Origin: Acidobacteriota bacterium
Lineage (GTDB): Bacteria > Acidobacteriota > Polarisedimenticolia > Polarisedimenticolales > Polarisedimenticolaceae
DNA: 64,000 nt
Assembly: GCA_029861955.1 (NCBI GenBank)
Contig: JAOTYK010000007.1
Coordinates: forward strand, 60,938 to 124,937
Direction of reading: 5' to 3'
Below the pieces are notes generated by a model that was not told where the DNA came from, ran no database searches, and worked only from the letters and a program-made list of their open reading frames with translations. Shown one piece after another: positions 37,362 to 46,024 of the stretch (the stretch's first letter is position 1; each line of letters opens with the position of its first letter). Made by a program: the position numbers and the translations under genes.

Positions 37362-38822
37362 TTAATTGATGCCGTGGCTCATTCGCTTCATGACCGGCGA
37401 CGCGATCAGGAAGATCAGGCCTGCGCCGATCACGAAGGCCGCGACGGCATAGAAGGTCTTGCCGGCGTCGCTGGGATCGAAGGTTCCACCCACGAGCCCC
37501 GCGATCAGGTTGCCGATGGCCGCACCGACAAACCAGATCCCCATCATCTGCGAGACCAGCCGCTTCGGCGACAACTTCGTCATGGCGCTGAGGCCGACGG
37601 GGCTAAGAACCAACTCGCCGACGGTATGGAAGAAGTAGGTTACGACCAGCCACATCGGGCTGAGGCCACCGTCGGTGGAGAACGACGCACCCCACGCCAA
37701 CACCAGGAACCCGACACCGAGCAGGACGAGCCCCATGGCGAACTTGACACCGAACGAGGGGTTCTTCTTATCGAGTTTGATCCAGAGCCCACCGATCACC
37801 GGAGCCAGGATAATGATAAACAGTGGGTTGATGGCCTGAAGCCAGGTAATCGGCAGGACCAGGGAGCCGATGTTTCGATCGGTGAGATCCCGGGCGAAGT
37901 AGGTCAAGCCGGTGCTGGCCTGCTCGAACCCGGACCAGAAGACGGCGGCACCGATGAACAAGGCGATGATGACGCCAATTCGGCCCCGCTCCTCGGAGTT
38001 CTTGGCTGCGAAGAAGATGAGGTAGGCGAAGTAGAGGCTGACCAGTCCCAGGCAGATATAGCCGGTATTCGTCGCGAACTCTGTGATGGTGAACTGAATT
38101 GTCCCGTTGCGGGCCAGCATCCAGATCGCCAGCCCGATGACCCCACAGAAGAATGCCGTCCCGAAGAAGTACTTCCAGTCCCGCGACCTCTGTGCGGGGT
38201 CATCCGATATCTTGAGGTTGCCCGCGTCCCTGAGGTACTTCCCACCCATGACGTACTGGATCAGACCCAGTGTCATGCCAACGCCGGCGATACCGAAACC
38301 AAGATGCCAATCCACGTTCTCACCCAGCGCGCCACAGACCAGCGGTCCCGCGAAGGCACCGATGTTGATCCCCATGTAAAAGATTGAGAAGCCGGCATCG
38401 CGTTGGGCGCCCTTCCCCTCATACAGGTCGCCGACGATGGCGCTGACGTTCGGCTTGAGAAGCCCCGTGCCGACGACCAGCAGGATCAGGCCGAAGAAGA
38501 ACGAGGCGTCGACGGGGACGGCCAACGCGAAGTGACCGGCAGCAATGATCATTCCGCCGTAGAGAACTGACTTGCGTTGCCCCAGCAACCGATCCGCGAT
38601 CCAGCCGCCGGGGAGCGAGAGCAGATAGACACCGAAGGTGTAGAGCGCGACGATCGCGGAACCGCGCGCCGCATCCATGCCCATGCCGCCGTCGATAATC
38701 TGGGCCGTCAGATAGAGCGCAAGGAGGGCCCGCATCCCGTAGTAGCTGAAGCGTTCCCACATCTCTGTGAAGAACAATGTGGCAAGGCCACGTGGATGCC
38801 CGAAGAAGCTGGTATCCGACAT
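37362..38822 (-). CDS. proton-dependent oligopeptide transporter (POT/PTR2 family)
   Basis: GHPRGLATLFFTEMWERFSYYGMRALL and FYMGINIGAFAGP signatures, with many TM segments. Confidence 0.93.
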   Translation of the reverse strand: MSDTSFFGHPRGLATLFFTEMWERFSYYGMRALLALYLTAQIIDGGMGMDAARGSAIVALYTFGVYLLSLPGGWIADRLLGQRKSVLYGGMIIAAGHFALAVPVDASFFFGLILLVVGTGLLKPNVSAIVGDLYEGKGAQRDAGFSIFYMGINIGAFAGPLVCGALGENVDWHLGFGIAGVGMTLGLIQYVMGGKYLRDAGNLKISDDPAQRSRDWKYFFGTAFFCGVIGLAIWMLARNGTIQFTITEFATNTGYICLGLVSLYFAYLIFFAAKNSEERGRIGVIIALFIGAAVFWSGFEQASTGLTYFARDLTDRNIGSLVLPITWLQAINPLFIIILAPVIGGLWIKLDKKNPSFGVKFAMGLVLLGVGFLVLAWGASFSTDGGLSPMWLVVTYFFHTVGELVLSPVGLSAMTKLSPKRLVSQMMGIWFVGAAIGNLIAGLVGGTFDPSDAGKTFYAVAAFVIGAGLIFLIASPVMKRMSHGIN

Positions 38823-38926
38823 GCTCGCTCCCGGTCTCGCCCTCTGGTCGCAAAATGCGCTATCGGACGCGGTGAGCGCCCTATTTACGCGGGATCGGCG
38901 AGGGAGTCAACCGCTCCACTCTTTCG

Positions 38927-39409
38927 TCAGGCTTTCGGGGCCTGCCGTCGCCCCATGGCTCGGATACGCTTCCACTCGGCGGATCGAACCGGCTGGATCG
39001 AGAGCCGGCTGCCCTTTCTGAGCAGTTCCATGTCGGTCAGCGCCGGCTCTTCACGCATCTCCGGGAGCGTCACGGCCCGATCGAGGGCCGACTCCAGACG
39101 GATATCGACCACACTCCACCGAGGCTCATCCCTCGAAGACTTGGCGTCGTGGTACTTGCTGAGGGGATCGAACTGGGTGGGATCGGGGTAGGCCTCGCGT
39201 ACGACCTTCGCGATGGCGACCACCGCCGGCGGCTTGGTCTGGGAGTGATAAAACAGGACGCCGTCGCCGGACTTCATTTCCCGCATGTAGTTGCGAGCCT
39301 GATAGTTACGGACGCCGTCCCAGAGTGTCGTCTGCTCCGGACACTTCATTAAATGGCTCAGCCCGAATTCGTCGGGGTCGGATTTGAATAACCAAAATCG
39401 GGTCGCCAT
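38927..39409 (-). CDS. EVE (PUA-like) domain protein
   Basis: FWLFKSDPDEF..WDGVRNYQARNYMREMKSGDGVLFYHS is the typical EVE / thymocyte nuclear protein 1-like core. 160 aa. Confidence 0.85.
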   Translation of the reverse strand: MATRFWLFKSDPDEFGLSHLMKCPEQTTLWDGVRNYQARNYMREMKSGDGVLFYHSQTKPPAVVAIAKVVREAYPDPTQFDPLSKYHDAKSSRDEPRWSVVDIRLESALDRAVTLPEMREEPALTDMELLRKGSRLSIQPVRSAEWKRIRAMGRRQAPKA

Positions 39410-39580
39410 CTACGTCCCTCGTCCTGCCGCTGCCAGCGACAGACTAGGCGATCGGTCCTCTGAACTCCAGCGCCCATTTCTCGTAAACAGCACCATCCCG
39501 GTGTCGAGAACGGCTCCGGGGGCGTTACAATGCACAGGCTTCGAGAATTGGCGGGAGATGGCCGATGGGGAGGCCAGACG

Positions 39581-40027
39581 GTGAACAATCGAGACGATCC
39601 GTGGCCGCTCCGGCGGCGTGAGTTCGCGATCCGCGTTCGGCGTCACTTTCCCAGTACGAAGACCTCCCTCAACGAAGGCGTCAACACGATCATCGGCGTT
39701 GCCCGCAAATGCGGCTGCACGGAGGATCAGGAGACCGACCTCGAGATCGCGCTCCGAGAGGCGTTGGCCAACGCGATGATTCACGGCAACGCGTTCGAGA
39801 AGGACAAGACCATCTTCGTTCGCGCGTACGGATCCGATTTGAAAAAGTTGTTGATCCTCGTACGTGACGAGGGTGAAGGCTTCGACCCGACCGATGTACC
39901 CGACCCCCGGAATGAAGATCGAATGCATCTTCACCACGGGCGCGGCCTGTTCCTGATGCGCGAGTTGATGGATATCGTCGAGTTCCGACGAAACGGACGC
40001 GAAGTCCTCATCTACAAACAGTTCTAG
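39581..40027 (+). CDS. RsbW/SpoIIAB-like anti-sigma serine kinase (HATPase_c)
   Basis: N-box LREALANAMIHGN and G1 box VRDEGEGFD in a small protein. GTG 39581 has a GGAGG 8 nt upstream. The track start ATG 39530 sits in a TACAAT-like element. Confidence 0.7.
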   Translation: MNNRDDPWPLRRREFAIRVRRHFPSTKTSLNEGVNTIIGVARKCGCTEDQETDLEIALREALANAMIHGNAFEKDKTIFVRAYGSDLKKLLILVRDEGEGFDPTDVPDPRNEDRMHLHHGRGLFLMRELMDIVEFRRNGREVLIYKQF

Positions 40028-40053
40028 GGCTTTCATTGAAGGCGGAGACATCG

Positions 40054-40569
40054 ATGGACTGGATTCGGAACCTTGATCTGCAGAGCCTCTCGCCATCGGC
40101 GCTCTGGTCGGCGCTTCCGGTGTCAACCCGCGAGGAGGCGGCCCGCTGCGCGTATCACGAAAACGCATCGACCAGCCGCAAGGAGGTCGATCAGGCCGTC
40201 GCCGCCGCCATCCGCTTCCGACCCTCGGCCGTGCGGCAGTTACCCGTCGATCGTCGGGTCGGCTACCTGCTGAGCGCGGTCCATCCAGGCGATTCGCTGG
40301 CGATGACGTTGCTGATCGGGCTTCACCTACACGGAAGACCGCAGATCCTCACGAAGTTCCTCGATGACCTGGAGATCCCCCACGAGAACGGCGCCATCGA
40401 CGAAGACTTTGATATGAAGCCGCCTCAGAGAGATCGGCTCGAGAGTGCGATCGAGAATCTCCTCGCGGCCCATCCGACCGAACAGGTCGAGGTTTATCTC
40501 GCCTCGTTGTTTGTGTTGGATCCCGATACGTGGGGCGCGATTCAAGAGGTCGTCGCGAACAAGGGCTAG
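40054..40569 (+). CDS. hypothetical protein (helical, no family recognised)
   Basis: An ORF 27 nt after the kinase stop on the same strand, with coding-like G/C third positions and GGCGGAG upstream of ATG 40054. Confidence 0.55.
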   Translation: MDWIRNLDLQSLSPSALWSALPVSTREEAARCAYHENASTSRKEVDQAVAAAIRFRPSAVRQLPVDRRVGYLLSAVHPGDSLAMTLLIGLHLHGRPQILTKFLDDLEIPHENGAIDEDFDMKPPQRDRLESAIENLLAAHPTEQVEVYLASLFVLDPDTWGAIQEVVANKG

Positions 40570-40889
40570 GCCTCGTCCTCCAGGCGAACCGCCGTACCAT
40601 ACGCCATGATCTCCGACGCACCGCCCATGATGTAGGACGTCGCGAAGCGTAGATCGACGATCGCGTTTGCACCCAGCGCCTCGGCCTCGAGCTTCATGCG
40701 GTCGATCGCCTGCTCACGCGCCTCGGACATCATTTTTGTGTATTCCTCTATCTCGCCGCCGACGAGACCCTTCAAGCCGGCAACGATGTCCTTGCCAAGA
40801 TGACGGGCCCGGATCGTATTGCCCTTGACCAGGCCGAAGCTCTTGGCGAGGCGATGCTGCGCCACCGACGCCGACGGTGTGATGATCAT
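40566..40889 (-). CDS. YbjQ/UPF0145 family protein
   Basis: MIITPS..GLVKGNTIRARHLGKDIVAGLKGLVGGEIEEYTKMMSEAREQAIDRM..ALGANAIVDLRF..YGTAV is the YbjQ pattern. ATG 40889 overlaps the upstream stop (ATGA). Confidence 0.85.
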   Translation of the reverse strand: MIITPSASVAQHRLAKSFGLVKGNTIRARHLGKDIVAGLKGLVGGEIEEYTKMMSEAREQAIDRMKLEAEALGANAIVDLRFATSYIMGGASEIMAYGTAVRLEDEA

Positions 40890-41338
40890 CGAGTTACCTC
40901 TCTGTAAGGGTCCTTGCGCCACAGTCTGAATTTTTCGCGGCACACCGAGATCAATAATACCGCGCCGCCCAGTACCAATGCGAAGATCGCAAGCCGGAGC
41001 GGCAGCGCAATCTCGCTGTCACGCCAGATCTCTCCCATCGTGTACCACAGGCCGTAACCGGTTGTCACGACTGCGCCGATCGAGACGAGAATCCATGCGA
41101 TGCCACGCTCGAATCGGTTGTAGATCGACAACCAGTATCGATCCCAGATCTCTTCGGGTGGACGTCGATAACGCATGGATTTTGTAACCTCCTTCACCTG
41201 ACAGAGGCGTGTCCATTCATGCTTGAGGTCTGCGTCCGCAGCGAGGGCCGCCTCAAAACTCCGACGATCTTCGACGGAAATCTCATCGTCGAGTGCGGCC
41301 ATCATCCACAACCGGACTTGCTCTTCCTGGCTGTTCAT
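40886..41338 (-). CDS. putative membrane anti-sigma factor (two TM helices, no zinc motif)
   Basis: The call rests on position, directly after the ECF sigma gene with an ATGA overlap. It has a short helical N-domain and two hydrophobic helices (IAWILVSIGAVVTTGYGLWY, LAIFALVLGGAVLLISV). Confidence 0.6.
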   Translation of the reverse strand: MNSQEEQVRLWMMAALDDEISVEDRRSFEAALAADADLKHEWTRLCQVKEVTKSMRYRRPPEEIWDRYWLSIYNRFERGIAWILVSIGAVVTTGYGLWYTMGEIWRDSEIALPLRLAIFALVLGGAVLLISVCREKFRLWRKDPYREVTR

Positions 41339-41919
41339 CCTTCTTCCTCTAGCGCGGTCGCCAGATGACGCCGGGCGGAATAGAGACGCGACATGACGGT
41401 TCCGATGGGAATGTCGAGCAACTCGGCGATCTCGCGATACTTCAGGTCCTCAAACTCTTTCAGGACGAGAATCTCTCGATCCTTCTCGCCGAGAGAGGCG
41501 ATCCCCTCTTGAACCCGCTTCTGCAGGTCAACCCGTTGGACCTGCTGGTGGGGATTCCGCTGATCCGCCAACCAGCCGGCGTGATCCTCGAGCCAGGGCT
41601 TGGCCTGCTTCAACTTCTCACGATGCAGTTTGCGATCGCGATTGAAGTTGTAACAGAGTCGCCGAAGGATCTGGTAGAACCAGGTGTAGAACGGCATGTC
41701 GGGGTTGATGCGATCGCGGGCGTTGAACGCTCGGACGAATGCATCTTGCGAAAGATCGTAGGCGTCCTCGGACGAACCGACGAACCCGAGCGCCGCGAAG
41801 TACGCGCGACGCATGTAGCGGTTGACCAGATCGCCGAATGCCGCGGTCTCACCACGCTGGGTGCGCAGGATCAGATCGCGCTCGGTTACACCGGGCTGCT
41901 CGGACAAGAGTGTCTCCAT
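41335..41919 (-). CDS. ECF-type RNA polymerase sigma factor
   Basis: Region 2 (AFGDLVNRYMRRAYFAALGFVGSSEDAYDLSQDAFVRAF, YTWFYQILRR) and region 4 (LKYREIAELLDIPIGTVMSRLYSARRHL). Confidence 0.92.
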   Translation of the reverse strand: METLLSEQPGVTERDLILRTQRGETAAFGDLVNRYMRRAYFAALGFVGSSEDAYDLSQDAFVRAFNARDRINPDMPFYTWFYQILRRLCYNFNRDRKLHREKLKQAKPWLEDHAGWLADQRNPHQQVQRVDLQKRVQEGIASLGEKDREILVLKEFEDLKYREIAELLDIPIGTVMSRLYSARRHLATALEEEG

Positions 41920-41977
41920 GGTGACGGATACCCCGTCGGCGGCATTTTATTCGCGAGGTCGCTATCCTGTCCGATCT

Positions 41978-44569
41978 ATGTGGAAAGTTGGAGATCGAGT
42001 CCGGCACCGATTCAACCCTGAACTGGGCCCTGGGCTGGTGGAATCGGTCTCCGGGCGGACCATTTCCCTCTTTTTTCCCACAAGTGGGTCCCGCCTTCAG
42101 CTTGCGGCCTCAACCGACGCGCTCACCGAGTTGGTGCTCCGGGTCGGGGTCCGGGCCGCCCCGCTGGACGACGCCGACGGCGGGCCCGGCATCGTCATGG
42201 AGTTGACCGAGGACGGATTCGCGGTCCTCGACGACGGACGACGGATGGCGGCCGAGGGACTCTGGCCGATCCAGGTCGGCGACTCGCTCTTCGAACGGCT
42301 TGCCGTCGGCGATGTCGGACGGATGGATGCGTTCGCGATGCGTCTGGAGATGCTGCATCTCACATCCATCCGCGAGGCGGACGGCCTTGGGTCATTCCTC
42401 GGTGGACGCATTCAGCTTTTTCCGCACCAGCTCCATGTCGCGGAACGCGCCACCCAGGCGGATCCCGTTCGTTGGCTTCTTGCCGATGAGGTCGGCCTCG
42501 GAAAGACCGTCGAAGCCTGCCTGATCCTGAACTACCTTGTGCGCACGCGTCGCGCCGACCGTGCGCTCGTCGTGGCACCGGATACCTTGACCGTTCAATG
42601 GCTGGGCGAGTTGTGGCGCAAGTATCATCAGGTCTTCGTTCTTCTGGATGACGAGCGCCTGGAAGACGTGGAGCGAGAGTACGGCAAGGGCTTCAACCCG
42701 TTCGACGCCCACGATCAGGTCGTCGTCAGCCTTGAGCGACTTGCCGCGTCTCCGCGTCTCGTCGAACAGGCGATCGAGGCCGAGATCGATCTCCTGGTGG
42801 TCGACGAGGCCCATCACCTGCGACGAAAACCTGGACACCCCGGCAACCCCGCCTATCGAGCGGTTCGGCAGATCGCCGACCAGGGACGTCACCTGCTGCT
42901 CCTCAGCGCGACACCGCTCGAGGAAGATGCCCACGGCTTCTTTCGACTCCTGCAACTATTGCGACCCGATGAATTCCCCGAAGATCAGTCGTTCGACGAA
43001 CGGCTGGAAAAACGAACGCCGCTGCCTCCGTGCACCAGCGCCACTCGGCGGGACGACATCGGCGGGCTACCCCCCCGCCGACCCCAGCCGGTCGACTGGC
43101 CGGGCGGCGACGCGTGGCCGGCGACGGAGTCGTTGCTTGCGGTCGCTCGCGAGGGCGAGCCGGGCAATGCCCTCGAGCGCATCAGAAAGATCGAGCGAAT
43201 TCGTCTGGCCCTAGATTCCCCATGGGCTCTGGCGCAATCGGTACCCGCCAAGAACCCGTTGCGCGCCCCTGCGGTCAAGGCCGGAAAGTGTGACGGGCGA
43301 CTCGACTGGCTCGTTCGCAATGCCGGCAAGTGGGCCGGTCGCGGCGAGAAGACACTGGTGTTCGTCAGCCGACGAGAGTCACTCGATGCGATCCGCACTG
43401 AGATGAGTCGACAGTCCCAGCTGCGAGTGGGCGTATTTCACGAAGACCTGTCCGCGGCCCAACGGGACATCGAGGTCGCACAGTTCCAGCTGAAGAGCGG
43501 TCCGTCCATGCTCGTCTCTACGGAGTGCGGCGGAGAGGGCCGAAACTTCCAGTTCTGCACGCGTCTCGTTCTCTTCGATCTGCCCTGGAATCCGATGGTC
43601 GTCGAACAACGGATCGGCCGCCTCGACCGAATCGGTCGAGACCGTCCGGTGGACATCGTCTATTTTCGTCCTCCGGACGGACTCGCGCGCGGCGTCGTCG
43701 AGTTGTTCGAGCAACTGGGTCTGTTCGAGAAACCACTGGGTGGGCTGGAACGTGAGTTGGCCGGTGTTGCCGATGCGATCGGCGACCGGGCCCTCGCAGG
43801 AAGAGATGCAGATAGCGACAAACGATTCGCGACTTTGGCGAAGACCGCCCAGGTGGCCTGGGATCGGGTGCAGGAGGCGGCGTATCACGAGCTCCATCGC
43901 GATCCATACGACGAGTCGCTCGCGCAGAAGATTCTCGATCGTGTCCCGCCGGATCTGGAGGAGTTGACGGAAGACGTCCTTGTTGCGGCGTGCGGGCTGC
44001 TCGATCTACGACTGGAGCCCCAACGGCGCGCATCGCGCTACTCCTTCGAGTATCGGAAGCGGTCCCGTGTCGAGTCCCTCCCCGGGGTCCCCGCCGGAAG
44101 CTCCTTTCTCGGAACGTTCGAGCGCGAGGTCGCTGTCACTGACGACAACATCGACTTCTTCGCGTCGGGACATCCCCTCGTCGAGGGAATGATGGCCCAC
44201 CTCGAAGAGAGTCCCCTGGGGCGGGTCGCCGTCCTGGATGTTGCGGACGACGAGGGAACAGAAGGGATCGGCCTCGCGGCCCTATACCGGACGGACGACG
44301 GCTTCCGTGCGGAGGCCGTCGATCTGGGCGGCAAGTCGCGCCCGGAATGGGCGTCGCTCTTGACCCGCCGACCGTTTCGTAGCCGACGCATCCCGCGGAG
44401 CAGCCTCACCGGGCAGCCGGGTTGGCCGACACTCGTGCGAACGCTGGCACCGCTCCTCGAGGCCCATGGGAATCCAATCGCCGTCGCGGCGCTCCGGGTC
44501 TCCCGTCGCCCAGAGCGTAAGTCAGCCGCCGGTGATGAGAGCGGTGCAGACCAGGAAGTAGATCAGTAG
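41978..44569 (+). CDS. SNF2-family ATPase, RapA/HepA-like
   Basis: Tudor-like N-terminus MWKVGDRVRHRFNPELGPGLV, and helicase motifs LLADEVGLGKT, DEAHHLR and LLLSATPLE. The C-terminal helicase lobe has ECGGEGRNFQ and QRIGRLDRIGR. The track ORF extends to 41822. Confidence 0.88.
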   Translation: MWKVGDRVRHRFNPELGPGLVESVSGRTISLFFPTSGSRLQLAASTDALTELVLRVGVRAAPLDDADGGPGIVMELTEDGFAVLDDGRRMAAEGLWPIQVGDSLFERLAVGDVGRMDAFAMRLEMLHLTSIREADGLGSFLGGRIQLFPHQLHVAERATQADPVRWLLADEVGLGKTVEACLILNYLVRTRRADRALVVAPDTLTVQWLGELWRKYHQVFVLLDDERLEDVEREYGKGFNPFDAHDQVVVSLERLAASPRLVEQAIEAEIDLLVVDEAHHLRRKPGHPGNPAYRAVRQIADQGRHLLLLSATPLEEDAHGFFRLLQLLRPDEFPEDQSFDERLEKRTPLPPCTSATRRDDIGGLPPRRPQPVDWPGGDAWPATESLLAVAREGEPGNALERIRKIERIRLALDSPWALAQSVPAKNPLRAPAVKAGKCDGRLDWLVRNAGKWAGRGEKTLVFVSRRESLDAIRTEMSRQSQLRVGVFHEDLSAAQRDIEVAQFQLKSGPSMLVSTECGGEGRNFQFCTRLVLFDLPWNPMVVEQRIGRLDRIGRDRPVDIVYFRPPDGLARGVVELFEQLGLFEKPLGGLERELAGVADAIGDRALAGRDADSDKRFATLAKTAQVAWDRVQEAAYHELHRDPYDESLAQKILDRVPPDLEELTEDVLVAACGLLDLRLEPQRRASRYSFEYRKRSRVESLPGVPAGSSFLGTFEREVAVTDDNIDFFASGHPLVEGMMAHLEESPLGRVAVLDVADDEGTEGIGLAALYRTDDGFRAEAVDLGGKSRPEWASLLTRRPFRSRRIPRSSLTGQPGWPTLVRTLAPLLEAHGNPIAVAALRVSRRPERKSAAGDESGADQEVDQ

Positions 44570-45889
44570 CCCGGTGACATCAACGATCGTCGCGACGAAC
44601 GGCGTCGACGAGGTCGCGGGATCCACACCGAGCCATTGCATGACGAATGGCAACATACTGCCGACAAGCACGCCCCACATGACGACGCAGATCAGTGAGA
44701 TGCCGACGGCGAACCCGATCGTGTCCCACTCGGAACCCAACGCCACACCCAGGAATCGGTCGAGGAACGTCCGCAGGAAACCGATTCCGGCGAGGATCAC
44801 GCCAAGCGTCATCCCGAACAGCAACTCGCGCCGAAACACCCGGAACCAGTCGCTCAGTTTCACCTCTTCGAGCGCCATCGCTCGAACCACCAGAGTCGCC
44901 GCCTGGGAGCCGCTGTTTCCACCGGATGAGATGATCAACGGCACGAACATCATCACGGTGAATTTCAGCCGATCGCGAAACATTTCCATGGCGTTGAGGG
45001 TCAACAGCTGGCCGAGGAACAACGCGATCAGCCAGCCACCGCGTTTGCGCACCAGCTCCCAGAACGAGACCTGTAGGTACGGATAGTCCAGCGCCTCACT
45101 ACCACCGATCTTCTGGATATCCTCGGTCGCTTCTTCTTCCGCGACATCGAGGACGTCGTCGACGGTGACAATTCCCAGTATCTCGCCGCGGGAGTCGGTG
45201 ACGGGGAATGCGACCCTGTCGTATTCCTTGAAGACCTGAACGGCGGTCTCCTGGTCCTCGTTGGCGGTGAGCGCCACGAAGCTTCCGTCGGTCAGAGCGT
45301 CGATGCGTGTCTCGAGATCCGCGAGCAGGATCTGCCGAACCCGCAAATCGTCGATGAGAACCCCACGCTCGTTGACCACCGGAATGACGTTAAGCGTCTC
45401 ACTATCGTCGCCGACACGACGGATATGATCGAGGGACTGGGCGACCGTCCAGTCCGATCGGACGGTCACGTAGTCCGGCGTCATCAATCGCCCGATGCTG
45501 TCCTCCGGATAGCCCAGAAGATCCTGCGCGACGACGCGCTCGTCAGGAGAAAGCAATGCCAGCGCCTGTTTGGTCGCGGCCGCCGGCAACTCCTCGAGGA
45601 GCGCCGTTCGGTCGTCGGGAGACATGTCGTTGAGAATCGCAGCTGCCTGCTCGCGGGCGAGTCCCTTGATCAAGCCTTCCTGCGCGCTCGCGTCGAGGTA
45701 TTCGAAACAGTCCGAAGCCTGTTCGCGTGGGAGGACGCGGAAGACGACGACCTGATCGTCCAGATCCAGTTCGCGAATCGCCTCCGCTATGTCCGCGCTC
45801 TCGAGCTCGACAATCAGTCGACGCAGGCCGGCGAAGTCACGATCCGAGAGCATTCGCTGGATCTGCTCGACGCTTGTCTTGCTCTCCAT
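44522..45889 (-). CDS. mgtE: magnesium transporter MgtE
   Basis: N-domain, tandem CBS domains and a C-terminal TM domain with PLIISSGGNSGSQAATL and DPATSSTPFVATIVDVTGLLIYF. ATG 45889 (MESKTS...). Confidence 0.94.
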   Translation of the reverse strand: MESKTSVEQIQRMLSDRDFAGLRRLIVELESADIAEAIRELDLDDQVVVFRVLPREQASDCFEYLDASAQEGLIKGLAREQAAAILNDMSPDDRTALLEELPAAATKQALALLSPDERVVAQDLLGYPEDSIGRLMTPDYVTVRSDWTVAQSLDHIRRVGDDSETLNVIPVVNERGVLIDDLRVRQILLADLETRIDALTDGSFVALTANEDQETAVQVFKEYDRVAFPVTDSRGEILGIVTVDDVLDVAEEEATEDIQKIGGSEALDYPYLQVSFWELVRKRGGWLIALFLGQLLTLNAMEMFRDRLKFTVMMFVPLIISSGGNSGSQAATLVVRAMALEEVKLSDWFRVFRRELLFGMTLGVILAGIGFLRTFLDRFLGVALGSEWDTIGFAVGISLICVVMWGVLVGSMLPFVMQWLGVDPATSSTPFVATIVDVTGLLIYFLVCTALITGG

Positions 45890-46024
45890 CGACTTCGGCT
45901 CCTGACTGGAAGGGTGTACGACGCGACGGGCAAGCGTAGCACCGGGCAGCACACCGACGCATCCCTGAGGCCCAAGGCTGGGAAAAGCACCGCGTATCTT
46001 CTATCCTTGGACGCGGAGGATCCG

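Noticed and set aside
37374-38387. A 337-aa plus-strand ORF.
   Set aside because: It is antisense to the POT transporter. Its highly charged product contrasts with the clear 12+ TM protein on the minus strand.
39410-40168. A 252-aa minus-strand ORF overlapping the kinase gene.
   Set aside because: It is an antisense shadow. The plus frame carries HATPase N-box and G1 motifs, while the minus-frame product is Ser/Pro/Arg-rich with no motif.
45890-46024. Possible M-box (Mg) riboswitch upstream of mgtE.
   Set aside because: The 135-nt divergent spacer is shorter than a typical M-box and lacks its conserved stretches. Only a weak 6-bp CCAAGG/CCTTGG stem is present.
45425-46024. The 5' 200 codons of track ORF 45425-47212.
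   Set aside because: This part is antisense to mgtE. The real protein begins at ATG 46025 with a lipoprotein signal (LLSLAC).
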